Assembly (NCBI GenBank): GCA_039920745.1
Contig: JBDSDD010000049.1
Coordinates: forward strand, 1,524-65,523
DNA: 64,000 nucleotides
Reading direction: 5' to 3'
Source of the DNA: Burkholderiaceae bacterium
Lineage (GTDB): Bacteria; Pseudomonadota; Gammaproteobacteria; Burkholderiales; Burkholderiaceae_C
The notes beneath the pieces are model-generated. The model did not search any database and was not told the origin of the DNA. It saw nothing but the letters and a program-made list of their open reading frames with translations. Below, piece after piece: positions 9,155 to 21,665 of the stretch; positions within the stretch are counted from its first letter, which is position 1, and each line of letters begins with the position of its first letter. The translations under genes were made by a program, and so were the position numbers.

Positions 9155-10678
9155 CTACTGCGGCGCAATCCCCTGCCCCGGCCGGAACACCCACGTCGGG
9201 TCATAGGCCGCCTTGACCTGCACCAGGCGCGCATGGTTGGCGCCGTAGTAGGCCGCCTGCCAGTTCGTCAACCCCGGATCGAGGTAGTTCTGGTAGGCCT
9301 CGCCGCTGCTCCACGGGCTCATCGCCGTGCGCGCGGCGCTGACCACCTGGCGGGCGGTGGCGACGTCGGAGGCCGAGACGACCACCGGGCCCGAGACGTA
9401 GTACTGCGCGCTGAACAAGGCGTTGCGGTGCACGAAAGCCGTCGCGTCGAGCGCGACGTCGGCGATGGCGCCGCCCATCAGATCCATGATGACCAGCAGC
9501 GGCGTGACGCCAACCGCCGCGCTGACCTGGCCCAGCAAGGCCTGGATGCCGGCCGCGGGCAGCGCGGTGTTGAAGAAGTCGGAGGTCGCGACGAAGCTGC
9601 CGCGTGACACCTGGCCGCCTGGGGTCTCGCTGGCCAGGTGGCACTGCGAGACCGTCTTGCCATTGCAGCTCGCCAGGATCGTGGTGTGGAACGCTTGCGT
9701 CTGCGCGCTCTGCGACGTCGGCGCGACGCCCGCGCCCGCGAGGAACTGGGCCCAATGCGGGCTGAAGTCAGCCGTCGTGCCGATGCACACGCCCGACACC
9801 TCGATCACCGGCGAGCCCGACTGCGTCGCGGCGAGCAACAGACCCGACCAGATCGTGTCGGGCAGCGTCTGCGGCCAGGCCTGCCACGCCGCGATCACGC
9901 GGGCGGCGTCGGCCCAGGCGAAGTCGGCGGAGAAGCTGGTGAGGTCGCTGGTGGCGAAGGTGTCGAAGGTCATCGACGTGACGACGCCGAAGTTGCCCCC
10001 GCCGCCGCCGCGCAAGGCCCAGAACAGGTCCGCGTGCGTGCTCGCGTCGCAGGTGACGATGCTGCCGTCGGCCAGCACCACTTGCGCCGCGACGAGGCGG
10101 TCGCAGGTCAGGCCGTAGGCGCGGTCCAGCACGCCGATGCCGCCGCCTTGAGTGATGCCCGCGATCCCGATCGTCGGGCAGGAGCCGGACGGGATGCACA
10201 CGCCCTGGGCCGACAGCTGGTCGTAGACATCCACCAGCTTGGCGCCGGCGCCGATCGTGGCGGTGCCAGCGCCGAGGGTGATGGTGTCGAGCAGGCCGAC
10301 GTCGATCACCATGCCCGTCGTCGTGGCGTCGCCGGTGTAGCCGTGACCACCCGAGCGCACCGTCAACGGCAGGCTGTTCGCGCGCGCGAACGCGAGCGCC
10401 AGCGTGACGTCGTTGGCGGAGGCCACGCGCACCAGCGCCTGCGGCACGGTGGCGTCATAGATCGCGTTGAACACGGGCGCGGCCAGCGTGAAGCCCGGGG
10501 CGCCCGGCAGCAGCACGCTGCCTTGCATCTGGCTGGCCAGTGACGACCAGATCGGACCCGAGGGCGGTGGCGGCGCCGGGGCCGCGGAAGAACCGCCCCC
10601 ACCGCCGCAACCGGTCAAGCCAAGGGCCGCGGCCGAGCCGGCGGTGGCCGCTGCTGCAATGAACTCTCTGCGATCCAA
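9155..10678 (-). CDS. FAD-linked oxidase with BBE domain, Tat-exported lipoprotein
   Basis: RREFI twin-arginine motif and LTGC lipobox; RSGGH covalent-FAD motif; C-terminal YQNY...YYG.N..RL..VK..YDP. TTG start is approximate. Confidence 0.85.
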   Translation of the reverse strand: MDRREFIAAAATAGSAAALGLTGCGGGGGSSAAPAPPPPSGPIWSSLASQMQGSVLLPGAPGFTLAAPVFNAIYDATVPQALVRVASANDVTLALAFARANSLPLTVRSGGHGYTGDATTTGMVIDVGLLDTITLGAGTATIGAGAKLVDVYDQLSAQGVCIPSGSCPTIGIAGITQGGGIGVLDRAYGLTCDRLVAAQVVLADGSIVTCDASTHADLFWALRGGGGGNFGVVTSMTFDTFATSDLTSFSADFAWADAARVIAAWQAWPQTLPDTIWSGLLLAATQSGSPVIEVSGVCIGTTADFSPHWAQFLAGAGVAPTSQSAQTQAFHTTILASCNGKTVSQCHLASETPGGQVSRGSFVATSDFFNTALPAAGIQALLGQVSAAVGVTPLLVIMDLMGGAIADVALDATAFVHRNALFSAQYYVSGPVVVSASDVATARQVVSAARTAMSPWSSGEAYQNYLDPGLTNWQAAYYGANHARLVQVKAAYDPTWVFRPGQGIAPQ

Positions 10679-10913
10679 TGTGCGCTCCGATGCTGCGTCA
10701 CCGGATGCGGTCGACCGGCCTGACGCTGTGGAGGTTCGTGACCGCAGCGACGATAGCGCGGGGTGCGCAGCGAGTGTCACCAAAGCCGATGCCCGACGAA
10801 CCAGGCGCCGAATGAACGGCGGCCGGGCGGGGTCGCCGACACCGTGGCCGTCAAGTCGCCGACCCTGCGCCTGCGACAGGGGAGCTCGCGCGGAACCCAG
10901 CCTGAGCGTCGCA

Positions 10914-11837
10914 CTATCGGCCGTCGACCAGTTTGGCGAAGCCACTGGCACGGAAGCGCTCCACGACGAAATCGACGAACGCGCGGGTCTTGGGGGGCAG
11001 CAGGCTGCGCGACGGGTAGTAGATCGACAGCGGCCCGGCGTCGCTGTACCAGCCCGGCAGCAGCCGCACCAGCTCGCCGCTGGCGATGGCCGCGAACGCG
11101 AACGGCATCGGCACCAGCGCGACACCCAGGCCCTGGCGCGCGGCCTGCGCGATCGCCTCGGGATCGCTGAAGATCAGGCGCGGCCGGCACGCCACCGGCT
11201 GGTCGACCGTGCGGCGCGTGCGCAGCGTCCAGGGCCGCACGCGGCCGGACGGCGTCGAGCGCCGCATGATGCCGTCCAACCCGGCGAAGTCGGCCGGCTG
11301 CTGCGGCAGCGCGCGCCCCGCGAGGTAGGCCGGCGACGCCACCGCGACGATGTGCACCGGTGCCAGCTCGCGCGCGACGACGCCCGGCGTCAGCGCGAAG
11401 CCGCCGCCCACCGCGGCGTCGAAGCCCTCGCCGACGAGGTCGATGCGGCGGTTGTCGAAGTGCCAGTCGGGCAGCACCGCTGGATGCCGTGCCAGGAACT
11501 CGCCGAGCAGCGGCACGAGGAAGTTGCGGCCCAGCGCCTGCCCCATGCTGACCTTGAGCGTGCCGGCGGGCTCGGCACCGTCGTCGCGCAGGCCCGAGAT
11601 CGCGGCGTCCAGCGCGGCCAGCGGGTCGCGAACCTGCGCGAGAAAGCGCTCGCCGGCCTCCGACAGTGCGAGGCGCCGCGTGCTGCGGTGGAACAGCCGC
11701 GCGCCGATGTGCGCCTCCAGCCGCGCCACGTTCTTGCTCACCGCCGCGGCCGACACGCCCAGGCTGCGCGCGGCCGCCGAGAAGCTGCCGTGTTCGGCGG
11801 AGCGGACGAAGGCGTTCAGGGAGGACAGGTCGGCCAT
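10914..11837 (-). CDS. LysR-family transcriptional regulator
   Basis: N-terminal HTH FVRSAEHGSFSAAARSLGVSAAAVSKNVARLE; divergent from the hydrolase gene. Confidence 0.93.
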   Translation of the reverse strand: MADLSSLNAFVRSAEHGSFSAAARSLGVSAAAVSKNVARLEAHIGARLFHRSTRRLALSEAGERFLAQVRDPLAALDAAISGLRDDGAEPAGTLKVSMGQALGRNFLVPLLGEFLARHPAVLPDWHFDNRRIDLVGEGFDAAVGGGFALTPGVVARELAPVHIVAVASPAYLAGRALPQQPADFAGLDGIMRRSTPSGRVRPWTLRTRRTVDQPVACRPRLIFSDPEAIAQAARQGLGVALVPMPFAFAAIASGELVRLLPGWYSDAGPLSIYYPSRSLLPPKTRAFVDFVVERFRASGFAKLVDGR

Positions 11838-11962
11838 GCGCGATTTTAAACCTTTGGTTGAAGCAGATTATCTCCAAAGATGACTTGTCGAGGTGCGCTT
11901 CCAACCGCACACTCAATAGGACAACCAACAATCCTTCCCTCGTTTCCGCAAAGGATCCACTC

Positions 11963-12883
11963 ATGCGCTCCCCGCTTGTCGCCCTGTTCACCGGCCTCGC
12001 CATCGCCGCGTCGGCCACCCCGTCCCACGCCGAGACCTTCGATTTTCCCGCCGGCTTCGTCGCCCGCGACGTCGCCACCAACGGCAGCACGATCCACGTG
12101 CGCTCGGCCGGCAGCGGCCCGGCAGTGGTGCTGCTGCACGGCTACGGCGAGACGGGCGACATGTGGATCCCGCTGGCTGCGGTACTGGCCAAGGATCACC
12201 TGGTCATCGTGCCCGACCTGCGCGGCCTGGGGCTGTCGGCCAAGCCCACGGGCGGGTTCGACAAGAAGACGCAGGCCGCCGACGTCGCCGGCGTGATGGA
12301 CGCGCTCGGCGCCTCCAGGGCCGACGTCGTCGCGCACGACATCGGCAACATGGTGGCCTTCCAGTTCGCCGCGCGCTATCCGCAGCGCGTGCGCCGCCTG
12401 GTGTTGATCGACGCGCCGGTGCCCGGCGTCGGCCCGTGGGACGACATCCTCAAGAGCCCGCTGCTGTGGCACTTCCGCTTCGGCGGCCCCGACATGGAAC
12501 GTCTCGTCGCCGGACGCGAGCGCATCTACCTCGACCGCTTCTGGAACGAGTTCTCGGCCTCGCCCGAGCACTTCAGCGAAGCCGCGCGGGTGCACTACGC
12601 GGCGCTGTACGCGATGCCCGGCGCGATGCACTCGGGCTTCGCGCAGTTCGCGGCGTTCGACCAGGACGTCATCGACAACCGCGCGTTCCTCGCGCACGGC
12701 CGACTGAAGATGCCTGTGCTGGCGGTCGGCGGCGCGAAATCATTCGGCCCGATGATGGCCGTCGTCATGCGTGCGGCCGCGGACGACGTGACCGAGGCCC
12801 AGGTGCCCGGCTCCGGCCACTGGACGATGGAAGAAAACCCGGTCTTCACCACGCAGCTGGTGACGGACTTCCTCGCGCGCTGA
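11963..12883 (+). CDS. Secreted alpha/beta hydrolase (epoxide hydrolase-like)
   Basis: Signal peptide; LLHGY, PDLRGLG, nucleophile loop AHDIG, C-terminal SGHW. Confidence 0.88.
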   Translation: MRSPLVALFTGLAIAASATPSHAETFDFPAGFVARDVATNGSTIHVRSAGSGPAVVLLHGYGETGDMWIPLAAVLAKDHLVIVPDLRGLGLSAKPTGGFDKKTQAADVAGVMDALGASRADVVAHDIGNMVAFQFAARYPQRVRRLVLIDAPVPGVGPWDDILKSPLLWHFRFGGPDMERLVAGRERIYLDRFWNEFSASPEHFSEAARVHYAALYAMPGAMHSGFAQFAAFDQDVIDNRAFLAHGRLKMPVLAVGGAKSFGPMMAVVMRAAADDVTEAQVPGSGHWTMEENPVFTTQLVTDFLAR

Positions 12884-12962
12884 ACCTCCGCCCTCCCCTG
12901 TTGCGCAACAGCACCAGGGATTTCGCGGACCGCCTGGATACGGCAGGGGGTTCATCACGGGA

Positions 12963-12989
12963 GTCATGACTTCGTCATGCGCGGCGCAT
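12963..12989 (+). promoter_or_regulatory. Putative PHO box (PhoB-binding direct repeats)
   Basis: GTCAT at 12963, GTCAT at 12974, CGCAT at 12985: exact 11-bp period, upstream of a nucleotidase gene. Confidence 0.6.
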
Positions 12990-13025
12990 AACGTCCGCGC
13001 TTTTGTCGAATCACGAGAGCTCCCG

Positions 13026-15079
<2,054 letters not shown>

Positions 15080-15083
<4 letters not shown>

Positions 15084-15829
15084 AGCGCACGATCGCCGGC
15101 GTGGCCCTGGGGGCCACCCTCGCGGTCGCGGTGGCCGCGACGCGGCCCTTCTGGGTTGCCCCGGACGCCGCGCAGGCGCAGTCCTGGCTTCACGACGCGG
15201 CCGATCGCCACGACGCGGGCGCCGAGGCCTCGCTCGCGCGCTGGTCCGCGCGCGCCAACGCGGATGCGCGTCACGCGTACGCAGCCCTGCTCGCGCATCG
15301 CGGCGACGGCCTGTCGCACCAGCAGCTCGAACAGGTGCTGGACGCCGGCGCCAGCGCTGGCGATGCCGTCGCGGCAACCCAGTTGGCCGAGCTCCTCGCG
15401 GGCGCGGGCGTTGGCGCAAGGGCGGGCGACAAGCACGACGACCCGCGCATCGCGCGCCTGCTTGCGCAAGGCGGCGCTGGCCACGTGCCGGCCGCGTCGC
15501 GCCTGCTGGCGCTGCGTGCGCTGGATGCGTCCAGGGGCCAACCCGATGTCGCGCTCGCGGCCACGCTGCTGGGCCAGGCCGCGGACGGCGGCGATGCCCC
15601 CGCGATGTTTCTCTACGCGAACATGCTGCGTGCGGGACAGGGCGTGGCGCGCGACGATGCGCGCGCCCTGGCGCTCTACACCCGCGCCAGCGACGCCGAC
15701 TACGCGCCGGCCCTCCAGGCGCTCGCCCTCGCGTGGCGTTACGGCGAGCTGGGACTGCAGGCCGACGCCTCGCAGTCGCGGCTGATGGATCACGAAGCGG
15801 CAGAGGCCGTGGCGCACGCTGCTCGCTGA
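15080..15829 (+). CDS. Sel1-like repeat protein
   Basis: AADGGDAPAMFLYANMLRAGQGVARDDARALALY and ALAWRYGELGL repeats; GTG start overlaps the cpdB stop. Confidence 0.75.
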
Positions 15830-16044
15830 GCGGCGTGTTCGCATCGGCGCCCAGGAGCGCCGATGCCTGCCGGGGTACCCCGGCTTCCCGCGCGCCCGGG
15901 CCTCCGATGCCACGGTCGAGCAGGAGATTCACGAGTTCCGTGTAATCCTGCAGCTTCGCGTCGCTTCGCGACCAAGCCTGTGCGGTGGCGCGTCCGATGC
16001 CGGCTACGCCCGGTTACAGTCGGCGCCGATCGTCCCTCGCTTCC

Positions 16045-17625
16045 ATGTCCGAATCGTCCTCCTTCCTGCCAACCACCGCCGCGTTGATGCCGCTGCCGGA
16101 GGCCAGCGACGCCTTGCCGGTGGGCACGCGCGTGGGAGAGTTCGAGATCCAGGAGGTGATCGGAGTCGGCGGTTTCGGGATCGTCTACCGGGCCTGGGAG
16201 CCAGCGCTCGAGCGCGAGGTCGCGCTCAAGGAATACATGCCCATGGGCATGGTCGGCCGCGGCCCCGATGGCCACGTCACGTTGCGCTCGCGCACCCACG
16301 AAGCGGACTTCAGCCTCGGCCTGCGCTCGTTCGTCAACGAGGCGCGTCTGCTCGCGCGTTTCGACCACCCGTCGCTCGTCAAGGTGCATCGTTTCTGGGA
16401 GGCGAACGGCACGGCCTACATGGCGATGCCTTTCTACAAGGCCCAGACGCTGCGCCAGCGCCGCCAGGACATGGGGTCGCAACCGCCGACACAGGCGTGG
16501 CTGATGTCGATGATCGAGCCCCTGATCGGTGCCTTGGCTGAAATGCACCGCGCCAACGTCTACCACCGCGACATCGCCCCCGACAACATCCTGTGGTGCG
16601 CCGACAATCACCCGGTGCTGCTGGACTTCGGCGCCGCCCGGCACGTGCTGGCCGATCGAACGCAGACGCTCACGGCCATCCTCAAGCCGCAGTTCGCCCC
16701 CATCGAGCAGTACGCCGACGCGCAGGCGATGCGCCAGGGGCCGTGGACGGATGTCTTCGCGCTCGCGAGCACCTGCTACTTCATGCTGACGGGCCGTCCG
16801 CCGCTGCCCGCCACCGCGCGCATCCTGGGCGACGACCTGACGCCCCTGGCGCAGCTGGCGCCGCCCGGCTTTGCCGCCCACGTGCTCGCCACGCTGGACT
16901 GGGCCATGGCGGTGCGCCCCCAGGATCGGCCACAGTCGGTCACGGCCCTCTGGGACGCCCTGCACGGCCACCTGAAGGTGCCGGCGCGCGTAGTCGACGT
17001 TTTCGCCTCGCCGGAGCCCCCGCCGGCCAGCGCGACCCAGTTCGAGAGGACGGTCCAGACCTATGCGGGTTCGGGCGTCGACTCGGCGCAAGGCGACCCC
17101 TCGGCGGACGCCTGGTTGCGTTCGTCCCGAAGTGGATCGACGGTGCCCGCCCAGCGCGCGGACGGCAGGCGGCTGCATGCGGTCGTCCGCAGGCTCCAAC
17201 CCCATCGAAGCCTGCTGCTGCTCCTCGCCGTGGCGCTGGTCACGGGAACGGCCTGGTTCGCACGCTCGCGCGACGCCCGCGAGACCCTCGACGCGGCCGC
17301 CAGCGAGGCGTCGTCGCCCGCGGCAGGCATCGTCCTCGCAGCGTCCGCGCCCTTGCCCGGCGTGCTGGAGCCCGCGCTCGGCAGCGCGGCGCGCGTGGCG
17401 TCCGCGGCCGGGTCGTCCGTTGCTGCGCAGGCCAGGCCGACGTCGTCGGCGAGCGCCTCGCGGGCAATGGGCCCGCGCGAGACCTGCGTGGCTGGCAAGT
17501 CCTCCAACGTGGATGAATGCGTTCGACGCGCCTGCAGGAGCGAGCCGCGCTTCAAGCGATTCGAGATGTGCCTGCGCCTCCAGCGCAAGGCCGATCCCTG
17601 GTGGCGGTTCTTCAAGACGGGGTGA
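16045..17625 (+). CDS. Hanks-type Ser/Thr protein kinase with TM helix and Cys-rich C-terminal domain
   Basis: IGVGGFGIVY, VALKEY, HRDIAPDN, DFG, FAPIEQY, TDVFAL; TM LLLLLAVALVTGTAWF; four Cys near the C-terminus. Confidence 0.92.
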   Translation: MSESSSFLPTTAALMPLPEASDALPVGTRVGEFEIQEVIGVGGFGIVYRAWEPALEREVALKEYMPMGMVGRGPDGHVTLRSRTHEADFSLGLRSFVNEARLLARFDHPSLVKVHRFWEANGTAYMAMPFYKAQTLRQRRQDMGSQPPTQAWLMSMIEPLIGALAEMHRANVYHRDIAPDNILWCADNHPVLLDFGAARHVLADRTQTLTAILKPQFAPIEQYADAQAMRQGPWTDVFALASTCYFMLTGRPPLPATARILGDDLTPLAQLAPPGFAAHVLATLDWAMAVRPQDRPQSVTALWDALHGHLKVPARVVDVFASPEPPPASATQFERTVQTYAGSGVDSAQGDPSADAWLRSSRSGSTVPAQRADGRRLHAVVRRLQPHRSLLLLLAVALVTGTAWFARSRDARETLDAAASEASSPAAGIVLAASAPLPGVLEPALGSAARVASAAGSSVAAQARPTSSASASRAMGPRETCVAGKSSNVDECVRRACRSEPRFKRFEMCLRLQRKADPWWRFFKTG

Positions 17626-17672
17626 CGCGGCCCGGCGTCGACGCGGTTTCGCGCCCAGGCCAGAATCGGCCC

Positions 17673-18326
17673 ATGTCTGCCGCCTCGAGCGCCCTGCCCG
17701 TCCTGTATTCGTTCCGTCGCTGCCCGTATGCCATCCGCGCGCGACTCGCCCTGAAGGCCGCGGGCGTCGCCGTCGTGCTGCGCGAGGTCGCGCTGCGCGA
17801 CAAGCCCGCCGCCCTGCTCGACCTATCGCCCAAGGCCACCGTGCCGGTGCTTCGATTGCCCGATGGCCGCGTGCTCGAACAGAGCCTGGACATCATGCGA
17901 TGGGCGTTGGCGCTCGGCGACCCGCAGGACTGGGTTCGCGCCGACGAGAACGACGACGTGCAGGCTTTGACGGCTCTCAACGACGGCCCGTTCAAGCAGG
18001 CGCTCGATCGCTACAAGTACGCGCCGTGCCATCCGGAGCGTCCGGCGAACGAGTGGCGCGACGAAGGCGTCGCACTGATGCTCGCGCCCCTCAACGCCCG
18101 CCTCGGGACGCATCGCTACCTGCTGCGCGATACGCCGTCGCTCGCAGACATGGCGCTCCTCCCTTTCGTGCGCCAGTTCGCCGCGGTCGACGCGGCGTGG
18201 TTCGACACCGCCCAGCTGGCGCCCTTGCGCGACTGGTTGCAGCGCCTGACCACGACGCCGCTGTTCGAATCGGTGATGGCCAGGCACCCGACCTGGCACC
18301 CCGACGACGACGGCGTTCTCTTCTGA
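17673..18326 (+). CDS. Glutathione S-transferase
   Basis: LYSFRRCPYAIRAR, SPKATVPVL, QSLDIMRWAL, ADMALLPFVRQF. Confidence 0.9.
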   Translation: MSAASSALPVLYSFRRCPYAIRARLALKAAGVAVVLREVALRDKPAALLDLSPKATVPVLRLPDGRVLEQSLDIMRWALALGDPQDWVRADENDDVQALTALNDGPFKQALDRYKYAPCHPERPANEWRDEGVALMLAPLNARLGTHRYLLRDTPSLADMALLPFVRQFAAVDAAWFDTAQLAPLRDWLQRLTTTPLFESVMARHPTWHPDDDGVLF

Positions 18327-18351
18327 ACGCGCCTGCGAGAATCGGGGCTCC

Positions 18352-19182
18352 ATGCCCGACTCCCCGCTCCTCCACAGCGCCTTCTACCGCTTCGCACCGT
18401 TGGCCGATCCCGTCGCGGCGGCCGATGTCGTGCGTGCGTTGGCGCACGGCCTGACGGGCGGCATCGTCGTCGCCAGCGAAGGCATCAACGGCACGGTGGC
18501 CGGTGCGGGCGACGCGGTCGCCGACTTCGAGGCGGCGCTGCAACGCGACGACGTGCTGGACGGGTGCCTGCGCGGCATGCCCTTCAAGCACAGCGCCTGC
18601 ACCACCGCGCCCTTCGGCCGGCTCAAGGTGAGCGTCAAGCCGGAGATCGTGGCGCTCGGTTTGCCGGGCGCGCCGGACGCGCCCGGCGCGCACGACGCCA
18701 GCCACCTGTCGCCCGCCGCGTGGCGCGCGCTGCTGGCGCGCGACGACGTCGTGTTGCTGGACAACCGCAACCACTTCGAGGTCCGCCTCGGCCGCTTCCG
18801 TGGCGCGGTCGACCCACAGGTACACAACTTCCGCGATTTCGTCGCGTACGTGCAGGCGCACGCGAACGCATGGCGCGAGGCGCGCCAGCCGGTGGCGATG
18901 TACTGCACCGGCGGCATCCGCTGCGACAAGACCGCGCCGTGGCTGCGCAGCCTCGGTCTGGAGGTCTGGCAGCTCGACGGCGGCGTGCTGAACTACCTCG
19001 CCCAGATGCCCGATGCCGGGCGCGACTGGCAAGGCGAATGCTTCGTGTTCGACAACCGCGTGGCACTCGACACCTCGCTGCGCGAGACGCCGACGACGCC
19101 TGAGCAGGTGTTCGACCCCGCCCATCCCGACGAGGCCTGGCGCCTGCAGCGGGCGCGTCGCCTCGATGAGTCGGGCGGCTGA
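18352..19182 (+). CDS. trhO: Rhodanese-domain protein, UPF0176/TrhO (tRNA uridine-34 hydroxylase) family
   Basis: SAFYRF, EGINGT, RLKVSVKPEIV, YCTGGIRCDK, LDGGVLNY, GECFVFDNR. Confidence 0.8.
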   Translation: MPDSPLLHSAFYRFAPLADPVAAADVVRALAHGLTGGIVVASEGINGTVAGAGDAVADFEAALQRDDVLDGCLRGMPFKHSACTTAPFGRLKVSVKPEIVALGLPGAPDAPGAHDASHLSPAAWRALLARDDVVLLDNRNHFEVRLGRFRGAVDPQVHNFRDFVAYVQAHANAWREARQPVAMYCTGGIRCDKTAPWLRSLGLEVWQLDGGVLNYLAQMPDAGRDWQGECFVFDNRVALDTSLRETPTTPEQVFDPAHPDEAWRLQRARRLDESGG

Positions 19183-20104
19183 GGTGTTCACGCCGACGCC
19201 GCGCGACGGGGTGAGCGCCAGCCGGGTGGGTGTCGGTGACGGCCGCTTTGCGAATGTGCTGGCCTTTCTCGAGGCCCGCTTCCCCGCGGTCGCCGACTGG
19301 CCCGAGCGCATCGCGCGCGGCGACGTGCTGGACGCCGAAGGCCGTCCGATGGCGCCCGATGCGCCCTGCCTGCTCGGCACGCTGCTCTGGTACTGGCGCG
19401 CGCCGCCACCGGAGCCGCGCGTGCCGTTCGAGATCGACGTCCTGCACCAGGACGAGCACCTCGTCGTCATCGACAAGCCGCATTTCCTGGCAGCGATTCC
19501 AGGCGGCCGGCACCTGCACGAGACGGCGCTGGTGCGGCTCAAGAACCAGCTCGGCATCGACACGCTGACGCCGATGCACCGCCTCGACCGCGAGACCGCC
19601 GGCGTGCTCGTATTCATCGTGCAACCGCCCACGCGTGGCGCCTACCAGGCGTTGCTGCGCGGGCGCGAGGTGCACAAGGTCTACGAGGCCGTCGCGCCGT
19701 GGCGCGACGAGCTCGCGCTGGCGCAGGTCGTGCGCCATCGCATCGAGAAGCCGTCGGACGCCGGTTTCATGCAGGTGCGCATCGTGCCGGGCGAGCCCAA
19801 CGCCGAGACGCACGTCGAACTGATCGCCCGCCTGCCCGACGGCCTCGCGCGCTACCGGCTGACGCCCAAGACGGGCCGCACGCACCAGTTGCGCGCGCAG
19901 ATGGACGCGCTCGGCGCGCCCCTGGTCGGCGACCGCATCTACCCGAGCCTGCTGCCTGAGTCGGCGTCCGGCGCTGCGCCGGACTGGTCACGGCCGCTGC
20001 AATTGCTGGCACGCGAATTCGCATTCACCGATCCGCTGACCGGCCAGCCGCGCCGCTTCGTCAGCCGCCGCGAGCTGGCGCTCACAGCAGGTCTTCCAGG
20101 ATGA
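19166..20104 (+). CDS. RluA-family pseudouridine synthase
   Basis: IDKPHFL, HRLDRETAG, TGRTHQLR, LVGDRIY, LQLLAR. Confidence 0.9.
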   Translation: MSRAAEVFTPTPRDGVSASRVGVGDGRFANVLAFLEARFPAVADWPERIARGDVLDAEGRPMAPDAPCLLGTLLWYWRAPPPEPRVPFEIDVLHQDEHLVVIDKPHFLAAIPGGRHLHETALVRLKNQLGIDTLTPMHRLDRETAGVLVFIVQPPTRGAYQALLRGREVHKVYEAVAPWRDELALAQVVRHRIEKPSDAGFMQVRIVPGEPNAETHVELIARLPDGLARYRLTPKTGRTHQLRAQMDALGAPLVGDRIYPSLLPESASGAAPDWSRPLQLLAREFAFTDPLTGQPRRFVSRRELALTAGLPG

Positions 20105-21665
20105 ACGGCGAGAACAACCACACCTCGATCAGCGTGGAGATGCCGATCTCCGGCTCGGCCTCGTAGACCTTCTCGCCGTCGGGCTGGTCGTCCACCCATT
20201 GCACGTCGCGGCCCGACGCGCCGCCCAGCCGCATGCGGTAGGTGCCCACCGAGCGCAGCTCGTCGACGAGCGACGTGACATCGGCGGCCAGCTCCGGCGA
20301 GTCGACGAACAGGCCCAGCTCGGTGTTGGCGCGCGACGAGCGGAAGTCGAGGTTCATCGAGCCGACGACCGTCGTCTGGTGGTCGATCACCATCATCTTG
20401 GCGTGCAGCCGGCCGGTGGACGTGCCCAGCATCGCGCCGAACGAGTCGTCGAACATCGAATCCATGCGCAGGATGCGCGGACTGACTTCGTAGATCTGCA
20501 CGCCCATCTGCAGCATCTGGCGCCGATGGCGCCCGTAGGCCGCGCTGACGAACGGCTCGTCGTTGGAGGCCATCGTGTTGGTGACGAGGGTCACCGGCAC
20601 GCCGCTCTTGCGCACCTTGTACAGGCCCTCCAGTGCCGTGCGGCCCGGCACGAAGTACGGCGACGCGAGCAGCACGTGGTCGTGCGCCTGCGAGATCGCG
20701 TCGGTCACGTGCGAGATCACCGTCGTCGGGTCCATCCCCGACGACGCCTCGCCCTTGACCTTCTCGGGGCTGTCGGCCACCACCTGGATGCGGCCGCGCA
20801 GCATCTTCAGCGGCGGGTGCGCCATGTCGCGGCTCAGCGGGCCGTAGTTCAGGAAGTCGCGCGCCCCGGCCATGATGGGCGCGAACAGCATGTCGGCCGA
20901 CGCCGTCGTGCGCTCGAACTCCTCGCGCCGCGCTTCGGCCTTGGGCGCGCCAGGCTCCAGCGCGTCCAGCGTGTAGACGTGGCGGCTGTTCCAGTAGCGG
21001 TCGAAGGAGGCCGCCAGCTCGGGCACGGCGTCGCCGGCCACGAGCAGGTCGAAGTCGATGAAGTTGCCGCGCGGGCTGCGGAAGAAGTACTCGTCTGCGA
21101 TGTTGCGGCCACCGGCGATCGCAAACACGCCGTCGGCGATGAACAGCTTGTTGTGCATGCGGTGGTTCAGGCGCGTGAGATCGGCCAGCGACAAGCCCCA
21201 GCGCGTGACCGTCAACGCGCGGCCGGCGGGGAACGGGTTGAACAGGCGCACCTGCACGTTCGCATACGCGGCGATGCCTTGCAGCAGCCGGTCGTTGCTG
21301 GCGGTGTAGAGGTCGTCGACGAGGATGCGCACGCGCACGCCGCGCACGGCCGCGTCACGCACCGCGCGCAGGAACGCGCGGCCGGTGAGGTCGTCGGCCA
21401 GCAGGTAGTACTGGATGTCCAGGCTCTCGCGCGCCTCGCGGATCAGCGTCAGGCGGGCGTCCATCGAGTACGAGCTGAAGGCCAGCGGACGGAACGCCGA
21501 GCCGCTTCCGGGGGTGAGGTCGGCGGGCAGCAGCGCGGCGAGCGGGCTGCCAGGCGCGGCGGGCAGCGCGCTGCTGGGCGTCTTCTGCAACTCGGCGAGC
21601 GCGGCACAACCCGGGAGCGCCAGCACCGCCGCCAACAGCGCCAGGCAACGCATCCATGCCCTCAT
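20082..21665 (-). CDS. Phospholipase D family lipoprotein (ClsC/YmdC-like)
   Basis: Lipobox LPGC; two HKD motifs RMHNKLFIAD and RLHAKMMVID; GGRNIADEYF, GSMNLDFRS. Confidence 0.9.
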   Translation of the reverse strand: MRAWMRCLALLAAVLALPGCAALAELQKTPSSALPAAPGSPLAALLPADLTPGSGSAFRPLAFSSYSMDARLTLIREARESLDIQYYLLADDLTGRAFLRAVRDAAVRGVRVRILVDDLYTASNDRLLQGIAAYANVQVRLFNPFPAGRALTVTRWGLSLADLTRLNHRMHNKLFIADGVFAIAGGRNIADEYFFRSPRGNFIDFDLLVAGDAVPELAASFDRYWNSRHVYTLDALEPGAPKAEARREEFERTTASADMLFAPIMAGARDFLNYGPLSRDMAHPPLKMLRGRIQVVADSPEKVKGEASSGMDPTTVISHVTDAISQAHDHVLLASPYFVPGRTALEGLYKVRKSGVPVTLVTNTMASNDEPFVSAAYGRHRRQMLQMGVQIYEVSPRILRMDSMFDDSFGAMLGTSTGRLHAKMMVIDHQTTVVGSMNLDFRSSRANTELGLFVDSPELAADVTSLVDELRSVGTYRMRLGGASGRDVQWVDDQPDGEKVYEAEPEIGISTLIEVWLFSPFILEDLL

